Part shown: piece after piece, positions 35,701-36,635 of the stretch
How the letters are laid out: the number at the start of each line of letters is the position of its first letter
How positions within the stretch are numbered: the stretch's first letter is position 1
NCBI GenBank assembly: GCA_900088475.1
Contig: FLMG01004750.1
Span: 1-36,635, forward strand
Reading direction: 5' to 3'
DNA from: Hyphochytrium catenoides
Lineage: Eukaryota > Protista > Hyphochytriomycota
Length of the DNA: 36,635 nucleotides
Position numbers and translations under genes: made by a program
Notes under the pieces: model-generated
Databases searched by the model: none
Seen by the model: only the letters and a program-made list of their open reading frames with translations
What the model was told of the DNA's origin: nothing

Positions 35701-36635
35701 GTTACTGAGACTGACCTGCTTGGCAACACTCGTCGGCAGTTCAACCAGCTGGACACCTGATGAAGACTTCGGTATACTTCTCGATGCGCTGGTTGGGCTA
35801 CATGAGAGGTAATGGTCTATGTTCCTTGGCAGTTTCTCAACTGCCTTGCATAATGTTGACTTTGTGGAACTTCCCTACTCGAAACTTTTCATCGAGCATC
35901 TCGACCACTCAGGACTTCACGAGGTCGCGCTTATTCACCTTTACCCCGCCCTCAGTACCTAGTTTGGAGCACGTCTACTGTTTCTGTCCTAACCTTCTCG
36001 ATGTTTCCTTTGATTTTGCTCTAACACCTTAGGATCGAGAGCCTTTCCGTCTCCACCTTTCCGAATATCCTCGTCCTTGTGACAGGCAAAGGTGACACTG
36101 CAATTTCTATGTGTCCTCATCCATGAGCGTCGATCTGTCTTCCAGCTTTTATTCAAACGCGACTCTTGCCTGGCTTGTAACCCATGTACACAGTCCATAG
36201 CACAACAATATGGTGTCTCTAGCCATAGTAGATCCTCCAGTGGCTTGTATTGCATCCATCCTTCTGTCACGTTCCCTGCGTTGCTGAGAGCTTATCATCC
36301 ACAGGTCCGCAGAAGGAGATGTATCTTCAGAAGATCCGGCAGCTGGGACTTACTCGCATTCAGATCAGGACGATGTAACGTCTTCCTCCTACTTTCTGTC
36401 TCCGTCCCGGACCCTACAGTGCTGACCATTTTGTGTCGTGGCCTCTATGTTTTGGCCCTTGATAGAGCGTACTAGTCGTTCTGGACTGCTAAAGCATTCT
36501 CCAATTCTTCTTCCGCATGGTTAGGGTCACTTACTCCTATTACTCCTTTTTATTCCGTCTCAAGGTGGCTGGAAGCGAAAGACTATCCCTTTCTCTTAGG
36601 CTCCTGCGACCTGGGCGTTTGTCTTCATCGCTCTA
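32749..36635 (+). CDS. ALG1: Chitobiosyldiphosphodolichol beta-mannosyltransferase (GT33), 3'-truncated by the window
   Basis: Spliced motifs in the conserved ALG1 order: [118 protein letters not shown]. Confidence 0.96.

Noticed and set aside
1-36635. A functionally linked gene cluster, such as a ciliary or defence system
   Set aside because: The genes cover unrelated functions (centriole, nuclear pore, N-glycosylation, AAA ATPase). Only the CCDC61 and coiled-coil pairing hints at a link, and that rests on a weak assignment.

Overview
Intron-rich, gene-dense eukaryotic DNA from a draft assembly, with N gaps at (CT/GA)n microsatellites. The standard genetic code and GT-AG splicing apply. Splicing exons by hand with phase checks gives nine protein-coding genes. 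In order: a TRAF-type zinc finger/coiled-coil/SPRY protein (+), a C2-domain protein (-), CCDC61/VFL3 (-), the FG nucleoporin Nup58 (+), a long coiled-coil protein with weak RPGRIP1L-like character (+), a CX4C..CX2H zinc-finger protein with two helical HTH-like repeats (-), a small basic six-exon orphan gene absent from the ORF track (+), an AFG2/SPATA5-like double AAA ATPase with a degenerate D1 (-), and ALG1 mannosyltransferase (+, truncated at the window end). CCDC61 implies an organism with centrioles or basal bodies. A stramenopile-like protist is my guess, not a demonstrated result. I found no prokaryotic features, CRISPR arrays, tRNA/rRNA genes or recognisable transposons, and no clear multi-gene novel system. 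The most unusual signals are a ~107-nt pre-miRNA-like hairpin (360-466), a self-complementary GA/CT fold-back intron, frequent AAG acceptors, one probable GC-AG intron, three head-to-head gene pairs with near-identical spacing (752-787 bp), and a convergent pair with only 45 bp between stop codons. All gene models are manual and have no transcript support.
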